Assembly (NCBI GenBank): GCA_039621445.1
Contig: CP154954.1
Span: forward strand, 42,091,572-42,155,571
Source of the DNA: Euglena gracilis
Taxonomy: Eukaryota
DNA length: 64,000 nt
Direction: 5' to 3'
Every line of letters starts with the position of its first letter. Position 1 is the stretch's first letter. A program made the translations under genes and the position numbers. Shown one piece after another: positions 20,231-32,459 of this stretch. The notes beneath the pieces are model-generated. The model made no database searches, had not been told where the DNA came from, and saw nothing but the letters and a program-made list of their open reading frames with translations.

Positions 20231-20349
20231 GAAAAGTCTGAAAATTCTTTTGATTGGGTGGTCCCCGTCATGGCTCTGAAGCAAAAACTCCTCACCTTCG
20301 ATGATGATTCTGGGGGTCTGGTCAACAACCCTCCAAAAAACGCACTCTC

Positions 20350-20610
20350 TGTGAAGTCAGTCCCCAAAACTGCCTCAAAGGCGCAGGTATCCACCACAAC
20401 AGCTTTCAATTTCAAAATCTTGGACCCAAACTGCAAACACATCTCACAAGTCCCCTCGGAAAAAATGTGCTCCCCGTTGCCGATCTGCAGGGGTACCGCA
20501 GCACTCAGCTGAATTTCATTCTCAGGAACACATTTCTTAGAAACTGCAAGTAATGGTGGCCCCTGTGTACAAAATGGCTTAAATTTCCTTTCCATAAACC
20601 TTCACTGGCA
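20350..20610 (-). pseudogene. Retropepsin-like aspartic protease relic
   Basis: VKVYGKEI*AILYTGATI (DTGA motif with D>Y), a frameshift, then LQIGNG...AVVVD...AVLGTDF. Confidence 0.75.
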
Positions 20611-20788
20611 AAACGTAAGTTTTACACACCATCTGGAGCAATTGCAAAGCATCAGCCTTTCTCTTTTTGGGGTTCTCACCCTGGGGGGTAACCTGGGTTT
20701 GCACTCCCTTGGGTTGAACCGAAGGGGTCACTTTGCCTGCTCCCTTCTGGGCTGATGCCTTCTTTTTCTCAAACTTTTCTTTTGACCG

Positions 20789-21709
20789 ACATCTGTCTTC
20801 ATAATGCCCTTTTTTGTGACAAAATCGACAGAAAATTGTGGCTCCAAATCTTGGGGCTGGGGTTTCATCAACTTTTCTTTCACCCTTGCCTTTGCCTTTT
20901 CCTTTGCCTTTTCCTTTTCCACCAGATTTTACACCTTTTCCGGATTCTGGGACACTTTCACCAACTTTTTCTGATTGGTCAGGGGGTCTTTCAATCAGGG
21001 GTCTGAGATTTTCTTTTTTTTTAGCAAATTATTCTCCAACCAATCTTCAGAACTTTTTCAAAATTTTTTTCTCAAGTCTGTGAATGTCTCAGAACGATGT
21101 TTGTAAAATCTGTCTGCCCTTATGTCTGCATACATTCTGGGGTGTAATTTCCTCAGCAAAACCAGAAACTTTTCTTGTTCACTCATGGCCTGGGGGCTCA
21201 ACCTAGCCATCAAATTGTCCAACTCAATGAAAAGTTTTTTGCTGTCTTGGGGTTCAGGGTTCTGTGAAAGTGCTGGCAATTTCTCAATGGCAGATCTCAA
21301 AGTCATGTCATTTTCCAGTGTTGGGAACAATTTTACAATTTCCAACAGCACTTTTTCAAAATCATCATTCTCTTCCATCACTTTTTTAACCAGGTTTTTC
21401 CACCTTGGGGGTGCAACATTCCAACAGCCAATCCTTTTTCTGGACATTTCCAAATGCAACAGCACCAGTTAACCTTAACCATCTGCCAAAACATTTCAAA
21501 AACTCTGGCCAAGTTGCACCATCAAACTCTGGCAATTTCACAGGGGGTAATCTTGAACTTTGGGCTGAACTTTGGCTGGGGTTGCTGGAATTTGGCTCCG
21601 CAATTTGCTTCAGAAATGTTTCAACCTGGGTGATGGGGTTCACAGGTGTAAACACAGACTGACTGCTGCTGGCTGATTTGATTTCCAATTCTTGCAACCT
21701 TCTTTCCAA
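20789..21709 (-). pseudogene. Gag relic with CCHC zinc knuckle
   Basis: PVKLPEFDG...W...F.RW, a helical body (21058..21465), and CRFCHKKGHYEDRC (CX2CX4HX4C) at 20789-20830. Several frameshifts. Confidence 0.8.
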
Positions 21710-22444
21710 ATCTTCAATGGAAGACGTTTCTGCAGATCACTTTCAAAAAACTCAACCACTGGCTGTGACAACTGGGAGACACACTGGCCAAGCCAAAAAG
21801 ACAAACAAAACCGAAGAAACCAGAACAGAAAACCAACCACTTGGTTCAGGACCAGGTCAGCAAGATGATGAAGATCTTGTCTCCACCAGGATCTTGTTCT
21901 GGACAGCAGGGAGAACTGCAGCACCAGCAGCTTCAACAACCAAGTAACCAGTACAACAACTGTTGACAAATTCTCCACTGTGAACTTGTTCACCACAGCC
22001 TCAATGTCAACTTCCTGTTGAAGATGTTGTTCTGTACTAGCATTTCGGTTAACCTTGCCTTGAGGAAGACCAACTTCTGGAACTTCAACAAACCAGTGAA
22101 ACAATGATCAATCTACTCGAACACGTCTTTGACGATTGGAACAACAAACCTCTGCGACCAACGTTGGACGTCTCAGAATATTCTTTCGTTTTTCTTGCAA
22201 TACTCGGATTCCCCATTTTCTTGATATCCCAATTGTCCCAAAGACGTAAGCACAAATCAATGTGGAGACATAACACAAGAGCCAGCAGTCTGCGGGGGGG
22301 GGGGAAAGTTTGAATTTGGAATACAAAAGTCAGTTCGGCAGTTTGTAGGGTAAGCGGTCAGCAAATAGTTCGGATAAATCACCCGGGTGGTGAATCCCCG
22401 CGACCACTCGTGAGGGAAAGGACTGGATTTTTGGTAGGGGAGAA

Positions 22445-24049
22445 TGTTAAGACCGGGATTTGACTTGTGCGGAGTCGATCAAGCCACCCCCATGTGAAGG
22501 GTGGTGGTCGCATTTTTAATGGTCGGCAAAGCGTATTTTTTGTTTTTTTTTAAAAAAGGAGCGCAAGGCGGACGCCCCCCCCCCCATGGCAGCAACTGCG
22601 GGTGCTTCTCACTCAATTCCATCCGCTGAAAAATGTGGAGTTGGTCCCGTAAACTCTCCTTTTGGATGGTGTCTTTCATTTTTTATCCCATGTAGCATTC
22701 ATGGACTGTATTTCACCACCCATTTCCTCGGAAAGTTCTCTCCACATTGTTTGGAGTTCCCCCCGCACATCATCGAAAATCTGATGCACCTCCTGATCAA
22801 AATTTTCCATTCCCAACCGGAATGACTCGATGGTTTGCTTTTGAGAAATGACTTCGGTCCCCAAAGACTGGACATTTTGGGCCCCCTCGTTCCCATTGGC
22901 CGAAAGGAGCATGGCCTCTTTTTGGCCCTCCTTTTCACTCGTTCCTCTACAGAGTGGATTCGGAGCTATTGGGCCTGACATTCAGCATTGGTATTCTGCA
23001 CCAACGTCGAAAGGGTTGAAATGTCCCACCCCCTTTTAAATTCTTTCTTCTACCGAATGGATTATTATTATGAATGGATTAGGATTTTTCAGCTTTGAAA
23101 ATAGGCCCCTGCACTGCTCATCCAAGCAACCAACTTCTCGCACGAATTTCGCAAGGACTGGATTTCCTTTATGTGAATTCCTTGGTTTCTGAAAAAAATT
23201 TTATTTTCCCTCCGAAGAACCAAAGTGTTCCCTTGATCTCCGGAACAACTTGTTCAAACTTGTAGGGGAAAACCATTTTTTTCATTTTTCATTTTCCATC
23301 GCCTGAACACTTAAAAATGCTTCATTTGCAACCTCGTTGCCATCAAATCGGCAAAGTTTTGACGACTGGTGGCAGAACGTTCTTTCACAAACTTCTGGCA
23401 CCTCCATTTCAGGCCATTTTGGACTCTGTCTTGGGCTGGTTGCCATATGAAACCATCTTGATTGAGGAGCTGTGGACAGGAGGGGTTCCCAAAGTCACAA
23501 ACCCCGTCACAGCCGAAACCAAGATCATGGGGGAGGGGGATTTTGAAAATCACCTCCCCCATTATGGCAGAAATAATTGCATTGATTCCCGACTTGACCT
23601 TTCCCAAAAAACCTCCCGAAATTCACGAACCAATGTTGGCTTGGTCTCCGTTCTGGAATCCTCTGAAGGATCGGTTTTGCTAATCAACGATTTGAGCAAA
23701 TCTTTGGAGGGATTTTCCACCCTCCCCCCCTGGAAATGCTGAAAGACATTCTCCATGAGGGATCTTGCAGGAAAGTTCGTTGAAAAGGAGAATTCACCAC
23801 TATTCTTTCTATGGGTCAGACCACAGGACGGATTTTCCAGATAGGAACCTCCGCGTACCAGGTTAAGTCCTGAGGCGGAGGAACCTTCGCTGCCTCCATT
23901 TCCTAGGTGTGAACGTTAAGCCCGGGATTTGACTTTTGCGGAGTCGATCAAGCTCCCCCGTGAAGGGTTGTGGTCGCATTTTTAATGGTCGACAAAGCGT
24001 ACTTTTTGGGTTTTTAAAGGGAGCGCAAGGCGGAAGCTTCCCCCTGGCA
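22445..24049. mobile_element. Possible second decayed LTR-like element (direct repeats 22445-22591 and 23914-24049)
   Basis: Diverged direct repeats of about 140 bp starting (T/C)GTTAAG.CCGGGATTTGACTT. The interior has broken minus-strand ORFs with no domain I recognise. Confidence 0.45.
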
Positions 24050-24837
24050 TCAGTTGGGTCCTTTACCCAATGCTTCCCTTAGAGACCCAAAGCGCCGCTC
24101 GGGGCCATGTGCCATTATTAGGAGGCAAGGGACGGTTTTTATATGCTAAAAGCGGTAATGGGTGTGGGGAAGGGCGCAATGCCACGTAACTCTAAATTTT
24201 GGTTTGGAGAAGTGTGAGCGCAAAGGGTTAGGGACCTGGGGGGTTGAAAACACCATGCCTTGGGTAACGTGGTGGTGAGCGCCGGGCTGGGAGCCGGGCA
24301 CGCATACCTGGGATGGTTGTGGGGAAGATGACCCAGAAAAGCGCGCAGTTAGCGCGGTAGGAAAGCGTTATGCTTACTTCCCCCCTTTCTAATCTTTTGG
24401 TCACATTATTTGGATCATCTGATTATCATCAATCGAAAATTTTGATCACCTTATCGTGGACTATTTGTTCTTTGGCTATTTGGCATACGATTGGTATTGT
24501 CAAGTTTTTGGTGTTGACAAGCATAAGTTGCACGTCGCACTTACCCACGCACCTTGAACAAAACCCAAAGTACTTTCCTCGATGCCTTCCATCTTTTGTG
24601 CAATTGTTTTTTTTTATTTTAGGAAATGGATATCCAATTGAAAAAATAGATGTGCAAGTTGTCAAAGGAAATGCGGAAGAAGCGCCGGTGGGAGAAGCGG
24701 CACCTCCTCATGGCGGTGTGTTGGGTTGCATGGAAAAAGGGATCTGGGTTGGGGAGGAGGACTTAGAAATGGGTGGTTGGGCTCAGGCAAAAGGGGATGC
24801 GAGGCCGGATAGGCTACCCATCCTACACAACCAAGGG

Positions 24838-25494
24838 ACCAAAAATCCAGTCCTGTCCCTCACGAGTGGTCGCGGGGATTCACCACCCAGGTTATTTACC
24901 TTTCCACCGACCAATCGGTACGGCCGGCGTCGAGAAGGACAAAAATACACCTCCGGTCCCAACAAGGGGGGGGGGTGGTTTTAAGAAAATTTAAAAACAG
25001 CTTTCCTGTCACAAGGACCGCCCGGCCATAGGGGCAAGAAGTCACGTCGCAGCGTCGGAGCAGCATCGTGGGCCGACTCCGGCGAGGCGGAACTAAGCAG
25101 GGACACCTGCCCCAACGCGTCGCAGTCCAAAAAGCGCCGCCGTCGAGCAAAGTCTTTGCGTTTCACCCCGGTCAGCCTCGAGAGAGCGCGATCCCTGCTC
25201 AGGTCTTCTTTTCCCCGCGGGAGTGAGCGGGCTGGCACGAGCATGCTTGTGCTTACAAACCGGGGGCGGTTGCTTTAGGGTGCCTTCTCCTAGCACGTCC
25301 ATCCCCCAAGGGGATGGGGATTACAGAAGTCTTCATTGAAAATGGCCTTTTCCGGTCCCCCTCTCCCGCCCCCGGCGCCTGGGTCGAGGGGGTGCCTTCT
25401 AGGGGCAGGCACCCCCCAAAACCCTACCCTGCCCCCGGATCGGGTGCTATGGGGTGCCCGACCAAGCACAAGTCTGGGCCCGAGGGAAATACCT
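24838..25494 (+). repeat. Chimeric repeat with DIRS 3'-end relic, contiguous copy
   Basis: 24895-25494 is the inverse of 16468-17056, and 24838-24900 is the inverse of 22373-22435. Confidence 0.8.
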
Positions 25495-25520
25495 GGGAGG
25501 GTCACGGTAGTAGGATGGAC

Positions 25521-25750
25521 CGCAGGAGGTGGGTCTCGAACCTCTTCAAACCTCCTCGAACGACATTCGAGGAGGTTCGAGACCCTCCTCGAACGTCGTT
25601 CGAGGACGTTCGACGAGGTTCGAGACCCTCCTCGAACGTCGCTCGACGTCGTTCGAGGAGGTTCGAGGTCCCTCCTCGAATGTCATTCCAGGTCGTTCGA
25701 GCACGTTCAAGACCCTCCTCGAATATCGTTCGAGGTCGTTCGAGGACTTT
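25521..25750 (+). repeat. TCGA-rich minisatellite-like array, copy 1
   Basis: Reiterated TTCGAGGAGGTTCGAGACCCTCCTCGAACGTCG modules. Confidence 0.85.
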
Positions 25751-25953
25751 GGGATTTTTTTGAATGAAAATACTTTTGAATGACTGCAGTCCTGCGTAAG
25801 AAATTTTTTTTCTAACCTAAACCTGACTCCAACCGTATTCCTTCTAATAACCTTAGAAATTCTCCCGGTATGGGATTATTTTTGAAAAAATAATTATGAA
25901 TCAGTGCTCTCCTGCGTAAGAAAAAATACGTTTCTTTTACAATGCGTGGAAAA

Positions 25954-26117
25954 TTTCCCCCTGCAGGGTACCAGCTACCCCAAAGAGTCGCCCAACTAGG
26001 GTTAATACACATGGGGGGACCCTCGCTCGGCGCCTTCGGCGCCTCGCTCAGGCCCCCCATGTTTTTAACCCTAGTTGGGCGACTCTTTGGGTTCGCTGTG
26101 TACCCTGTAGAGGGAAA
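25954..26117. repeat. Long imperfect palindrome with central GGCGCC-TTCG-GCGCC; second copy at 26675-26837
   Basis: Arms CCCAAAGAGTCGCCCAACTAGGGTTAA and TTAACCCTAGTTGGGCGACTCTTTGGG. Confidence 0.9.
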
Positions 26118-26287
26118 CATAGCAACGGTGAGCGGGATGGTTGCAACCACCGGGTATGAAATATTGACCTAACCCTATTCCTTCTAATAACCTCAAAAAT
26201 TCTCTGGAATGAGTGCATTCCTGTGTAAATCGAAAAATATGTTCATTTTAAAATCTGCCACTGAAAGAAAAAACAGGTGAAACAAAT

Positions 26288-26289
<2 letters not shown>

Positions 26290-26367
<78 letters not shown>
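26290..26367. repeat. (CT)n microsatellite
   Basis: Perfect dinucleotide run. Confidence 0.95.
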
Positions 26368-26370
<3 letters not shown>

Positions 26371-26674
26371 CATGTCTTTGCTTTCTTCCGGATCGTGCCA
26401 CGGAAAGACAAAAAAAAACAAGCCGAATCAAGAACAACGAACCATGGACTTGCAACTTACAAACCAGCTCAACAATATGTTCCTTTTAAATTCTGCCACT
26501 GACGAAGAGTGGGATGGTTGGCAACCATTCTCGATGAAATCTTAACTCTAACCCTGTTCCTTCTAAAAAACTCAGAAATTCTCTCCGTACTGGATTATTG
26601 TGGGGGAAAAAAAGTTGAAGAATCAGTGCGTTCGGCAAAAGAAAAAATATGTTTCTTTTACAGTGCGTGGAAAA

Positions 26675-26837
26675 TTTCCCCCTGCAGGGTACCAGCTACC
26701 CCAAAGAGTCGCCCAACTAGGGTTAATACACATGGGGGGACCCTCGCTCGGCGCCTTCGGCGCCTCGCTCGGGCCCCCATGTTTTTAACCCTAGTTGGGC
26801 GACTCTTTGGGTTCGCTGTGTACCCTGTAGAGGGAAA
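26675..26837. repeat. Long imperfect palindrome, copy 2
   Basis: Near-identical to 25954-26117. Confidence 0.9.
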
Positions 26838-27194
26838 TATAGCAACGGTGAGCGGGATGGTTGCAACCATTGGGGATGAACTCTTGACCCTAACCCTATT
26901 CTTTCTTATAACCTCACAAATTCTCTTGGTATGGGATTTTTTTTGAATACAAATACTTTTGAATGAGTGCATTCCTGCGTAAATCAAAAAATCGAAAAAT
27001 TGCCCGAGTAGGGAGCGACGGGGGGGGGGGAATTTGAGAAGTTCAAATTACCAACCCAATCAAATATCGAGAGGAAATAGGTCTCGCCTGCTTGGGTGGT
27101 CGTTTCTGAAAAAAGGCCCAAAACCAAAAAACCAAAAAAAGATACCCACGCAAATTTTGTCGAGGACGTTTGCGTTGAAAGCTGTATGCATGTA

Positions 27195-27453
27195 CGCAGG
27201 AGGAGGGTCTCGAACCTCCTCGAATGTCGTTCGAGGACGTTCGAGGAGGTTCGAGGTCCGTCCTCGAATGTCGTTCGAGGTCGTTCGAGGAGGTTCGAGA
27301 CCCTCCTCGAATGCTGTTCGAGGACGTTTGAGGAGGTTAGAGACCCTCCTCGAACGTCGTTCGAGTGGGGTCTAGGAGGTTCGAGACCCTCCTCGAACGT
27401 CGTTCGAGGTCGTTCGAGGAGGTTGGAGGTCGTTTGAGGAGGGACCTAGAACG
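27195..27453 (+). repeat. TCGA-rich array, copy 2
   Basis: Starts CGCAGGAGG.GGGTCTCGAACCTC as at 25521, with the same modules. Confidence 0.85.
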
Positions 27454-27773
27454 TTTTTAAGCCCCCCCCCCCCCCCAGTGGGGCCACCTGGCCACAAATT
27501 GTGGCAGTTTTTTTGTTGCCTGGTGAGGCAAAAAGGTCTGTTTTCAGGTTGATGTAATTTTTGAACTGCTGCCTCAGCCATTGAAAAAGTTGGGGGTCCA
27601 GGGAATAATCCCCCCTGTCCATTTCCCACCTGCTTATGGGGTCTGCCAGGCATTCCTGTGAAGGAACCCACTTTACTTGTAGGTTTATGTTGCGTTCCAT
27701 GCACCATTTGAAAAAGGGTCTTAGCATGGAATTGAAGGGGTCTTTTCTGCCCCCCCCCCCTTTTGTTAAGTAA

Positions 27774-28392
27774 TAAACCGACCCCCCGTCTAAACCGACC
27801 TACCCTTCCAAACCAACCCATTGCAGAATTTCAACCAAAAACAGAAATAAACCGACCGATGGCAAGTTGGATGACAAACATGCACAACATATTGGAAGCC
27901 GCCAACAAAAAGAGCGTCCATGCTCTGGTTATTATTGATGACCCAAAATTAGGATTTTACCCCCAAAATTAGGCATTTGCATCCAAATTTTGGTTTGCAC
28001 CTCAAATTGGGCATTTTCCTCCGAAAATTTGGTGTTGGCACCCAAAAATTACAAAATTAGGCATTTTCCACCAAAAATTGAAGTTTGCACCCAAAATTAG
28101 GCAGTTTACCACCCAAAATTGGATATTACACCCAAAAGTCAGCATTTGCCCCCGAAAATTAAGAATTGCTATCCCAAATTAGGCATTTGTCACCCAAAGT
28201 TAGGAATTGGTCTACCAAATTGGGCATTTGCCAATTGAAATTGCTTGCAAACATCAGCCCGCTTCCGTCATGCCGTCGGCCAGCCGTGTGCTCCCCCTGA
28301 AACCGACCCCCCCGTCCAAACCGACCCCTCCAGGATTTCCGCCAACCCAAAAGTCCTAAACCGACGGGTCGGTTTAAATGGGGGGGGGGTTA
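27774..28392. mobile_element. TA-flanked MITE (motif TAAACCGACC) with an internal tandem array of about 20-bp CCCAAAATTAGGCATTT units, inserted in copy C
   Basis: Interrupts the RNase H region at the YYYL codons. Ends GGTCGGTTTAAATGGGGGGGGGGTTA. Left end appears truncated. Confidence 0.65.
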
Positions 28393-28553
28393 GTAAATTA
28401 CTTGACTGTCCACTGACAGCGACACAGTTTCTCCTGGCTGGCTGAGGCTTTGAACTGTGCTTATTGCTGCACTTAATTCCTTTGACATTTATGTGCAAAA
28501 TGGAGTTTTTCCCTCCAAAATTCTTGCACAATTTTTCCTGTTCGAATGTCCAC

Positions 28554-29868
28554 TGTGTGTGGCGGACAGCCTTTTCAAGATCAATCTCCAGAATCTCTGA
28601 ATTAGGCATTGCCAGAAAAAAGGGTTCTGGGAATTCTGTGTTTCATTCTGTATTTCAGTGGCAGCCTATGGCAAACAGTGTATCAGTTTGCTTGGACTTC
28701 ATTGGCATTGGCAAACATCTTCAAGATTTGTTCCCCTGCTGTGCAAAAGATTTTGAAAACTCCAGTGATGCAGTGGGAAAATGCCAGTGGAAAAGCCCAA
28801 GTTGGCAGTAGGAGACTGTCCAGCATTGCACATTACAGGTTGGCCTGGGCCAGAAGTTGGTCACCCCAAGTGTCATTGGACAAGGGCTGTCACAACACAC
28901 TGAGCCGAGGACCCACCCTCACACAAACTGATATGAGCTTTGTCCAGTACAAACGATCCTGTTGGGCCACGAAGGGGATTGGCACTCAGATGGTGATCTG
29001 GTGGACTGTCATTACATTGTCATTGGTGGACCACTGGCTGCAGCTGATGGTACATTGATGATACATTGCTGCAGATGTCATTGAAGATTGCATGTCATTG
29101 TCATTGAACTGGAGATGGTGATGAGCCGTGAGGCACGTACAACAGAATCGAGCACCGGTGGAGCATCGAGATGAGCCGTGAGGCACGTACTGGAGAAGGA
29201 GTTGGTGGTCATTTGTTGCCCTGGGCAGCCCAGTTGTTGGCATTGCCATGGGTTGTGGGTTAACCGATAAAACCCTCTGCCGTGAAGTTTTGGCATTGAT
29301 GTAATGCTGTCTGCTGGAGGTGTTCTGCGGCATTAGATGTCACGGTTTGATCGTTTTCTCCGTCTTCGTCTTCTGCGTGTTTCTGTCTCTTCTCCATGTT
29401 CTGCGAGGGGCTAAGTGGCTCGTCTGTCCGCTGTGCTGCGAATGCCTGGGCAATTGCGCAGCAATTGTTCAGGAAGGGGGGTGTGTGTGGCGGACAGCCT
29501 TTTCAAGAACAATCTCCAGAATCTCTGAATTAGGCATTGCCAGAAAAAAGGGTTCAGACCAAAATCTTAATCTGGGAATTCTGTGTTTCATTCTGTATTT
29601 CAGTGGCAGCCTATGGCAAACAGTGTATCAGTTTGCTTGGACTTCATTGGCATTGGCAAACATCTTCAAGATTTGTTCCCCTGCTGTGCAAAAGATTTTG
29701 AAAACTCCAGTGATGCAGTGGGAAAATGCCAGTGGAAAAGCCCAAGTTGGCAGTAGGAGACTGTCCAGCATTGCACATTACAGGTTGGCCTGGGCCAGAA
29801 GTTGGTCACCCCAAGTGTCATTGGACAAGGGCTGTCACAACACACTGAGCCGAGGACCCACCCTCACG
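28554..29868 (+). mobile_element. TRIM-like non-autonomous LTR element inserted in copy C
   Basis: LTRs at 28554-28923 (TG...CA) and 29482-29868 (TG...CG, with a 17-bp insertion). PPT AGGAAGGGGGG at 29471-29481. 4-bp TSD CCAC. About 560 bp interior with no domain. Confidence 0.85.
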
Positions 29869-32459
29869 CCACCCCCCCCCCCAGGCGTGGGTGCTGCTGT
29901 CTGAGTGCAACTCTCTGGTTGCACTTTGGGGGAAGGGTCTGCCCACCCCATGTGTCCAGCAGAAGTTTTATTTCTCTTAATTGGTCCTTTATTATTTGAG
30001 AAATGGGGTGTTTTGAGTCCAAGGGGGCTGTGGAATTTTCCACCAAAAAATTTGCCAGGGCATCCGTAAAGGCCCTTAGAAAGGGCAAGGCCATTAGATT
30101 GCATCTGATTTGGCCCAAAATGGCAGCCAGTTACCTTTTGACATGTAATCTTTTTTCACTATTTTTCCCAGCTCCTTTTTTACTGTTTTTATTTTCTGGG
30201 GGGGCACCTGTAATTTTCCCTCTTGGAAGTTTAGCTGAAATCCAAGACGATTTACGATTTGGGTGGGCTGCAGGGTGGACTTTTGTACATTGATTTTGAA
30301 TCCTGATTTGATTAAATCCCTGACCACTGTGTTCAGGTGATTTTGTAAGATGATTTGTGTTGGGGCCACCAGCAAAATGTCGTCCAGGTAAATAAATACC
30401 TGGATGCCCTTTTTCCTCCACAGCTTTTCGAATGTCTTCATTACTGACATAAAATTTTGGGGCATTACATTTAGGCCAAAACAGCCTGCCTGGAATTCCC
30501 AGGTCTGCCCCCCCCACCTGATGTCTTAGACAGGGCCTTGGGGCCTGGCTCACTGGGATGTGGAAGTAAGCATCCTTCAGGTCTATTTTTGCTGCCCAGT
30601 GGCCTTTTTCTAACAATGGAAAAATGTGCTGGATGTGATCCAGCTTGAAAGGTTTCACTTGGAATCGTTGATTTATTTCCCTGCAATCGCTTATTAATCT
30701 CCATTTTGTCTGGTCCACTTCTGGTTTCGAAATCAGAAACCAGGGGATTAGGTGCTGGGTGGTTGAATCCCTCGCCCTCTTTACGGATCCAGATTTTTTG
30801 TAATCCAGCAGTATTTTTTCTGCTTGGTGCAGGTTCAAATTTGCCCTGGGTTTTGGGTGGGTGGACAATTTTGGTGGTTTTACCCAAGGGGGTTGAATGC
30901 CATCCCTGATTAGTTGACATGTTGTTGGGGGGGGGGCATTTTTTGTCCACCATTTCAGGCTTTTTTGCAGCCTTTGATGGAGGGGGGTGTCTCCCCATTT
31001 TTCCTCCATGCAATTGATTTCTTGGATCAGATGATTGTGGGGGGGGCTGGGCTGGAGATGTTGGACCTTTTAGGCTTTCTTGCAGCCTTTGATGGAGGGG
31101 GGTGTCTCTCCTTATTTCCTCCACTGAATTTATTTTCTGGATAAGATCATTCTGGGGGGGCTGGGTTGGAGGTGTTGGACATTGCACCCCTAGGTCCCCT
31201 AGGGCTTGGGCCCTTGGAAAAAGAAACTTTTTCTGGGGGATGTGCATGCACTCTCTCCCTCTCTGCTCATGTGTCTGGATGATCTTGTTGTTGGGAGACA
31301 CACCATAGGGCTTAAGTCCCCTGTTTGGCCCATCTGGTCTTCTCCATGTTGATGTGGTTGGTTGACATACCATAGGGGGGCCTCTGTGGGTCCCCCCCTT
31401 GATTGATTGATCGGGAGTTGAGAAAAAAATGTAGGAGGGGTTCCTGCCCCTCCCTCCAAAAGGGCCACTGTGGGTCCCTTTTCCTCCTGAGGCTGGGTCA
31501 TTAAAGGGGCCACTGTGGGTCCCCTTTCCCCCCTTTTTTGGCAGAGGGCCTCTGTGGGTCCCTCGGGGGATTTCTCCAGCAGCTGTCTTAGCTTCTTGGT
31601 GGCCACTGTGGGTCCACCCTGCTGGTTGGGCATGATGCCCCTTAGCTTCTTGGTGGCCACTGTGGGTCCACCCTGCTGGCCTCCAAGGTCTCCATGTGCA
31701 AATTTTTTTCCATAATCCTTCTGTAGGTCTTCCAGGCCTTGATTTGGCCTCCAACCCCACTTGAAATCTGGGGGGGCTGCTGTGGCCCCCCCTTTACCCC
31801 TTGAGAGGGGCTGTTGTGATGGATGAATTGGGGGAGTTGGACAGAACTTTTCTGCCCCTTCCTGAAGGGATTTGCTTGTAAAACTGGCCCCCGTGGCCCC
31901 TGTAGTGTTGTCCTCCTTGGCCTTGATTCCATCTCCCCATCCTTTGGCCAATTGTTGCATAGGCGACTGGGCGCCTTTGGGGGAGATGCCCCACGTGTGT
32001 GGGCTGTGGTTGTTCAATTGTGGAGCATTTTGGGCCCCCCTGGCCCATCCTTTGCCCATCAAGGGCTGGGGCAGACTTTTGCCCTTCTGGCCATAGTGGT
32101 CCAAAGACCGTGGCCGCCACTGGGGGGGGGCTTGGGCTGGGAAATTTCTGGGGTGGGGGTCTGGGGGGGAAAACGGCCGGTCGTGTCCTTCTGGATAGCG
32201 AGTTGATATTGACTTCCTCTTCTCGGTTCTTCGTCGTTCGGGAACTCCTCCCCTTTCTTCTCGGTGTCGAAGGGCAAGCAGCCAATTCCGGCGACAAAGG
32301 CACTAAGCGGGATATCCGAACCCAGCGGAGCGACCAATCACACACCAAACCGCCGGCGAGCAAGGCATGGCCTCACATGGCAAAGTGCTGAGCCCGGGGT
32401 GGGCCCGCCCACCCTACCCCCCCGGGGGTCCAAACTTTAAAAAATCTCTCGCTTCGGCG

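Larger units (their letters stand above)
18945..22372 (-). mobile_element. Decayed LTR retroelement: gag, protease, adenine-MTase-like domain; no RT or integrase
   Basis: Direct repeats of about 210 bp at 18945-19152 and 22162-22372. PBS-like TGGTCGCAGAGG lies immediately 3' of the upstream repeat (22149-22160, minus). Coding relics lie between the repeats. Confidence 0.8.
27477..32401 (-). mobile_element. Decayed, 3'-truncated DIRS copy C (frameshifted RT/RH/partial MT, no YR), interrupted by two insertions
   Basis: Left ITR at about 32280-32400. Pol fragments at 30131..31009 (IDLKDAYFH), 30094..30465 (YLDD), 29864..30118, 28400-28553 (HINVK) and 27477-27773 (LADPISR, DLFAS). Confidence 0.9.

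Noticed and set aside
24370-24984. 204-aa ORF with hydrophobic N-terminus
   Set aside because: No recognisable domain, and it runs into a repeat. Insufficient support.
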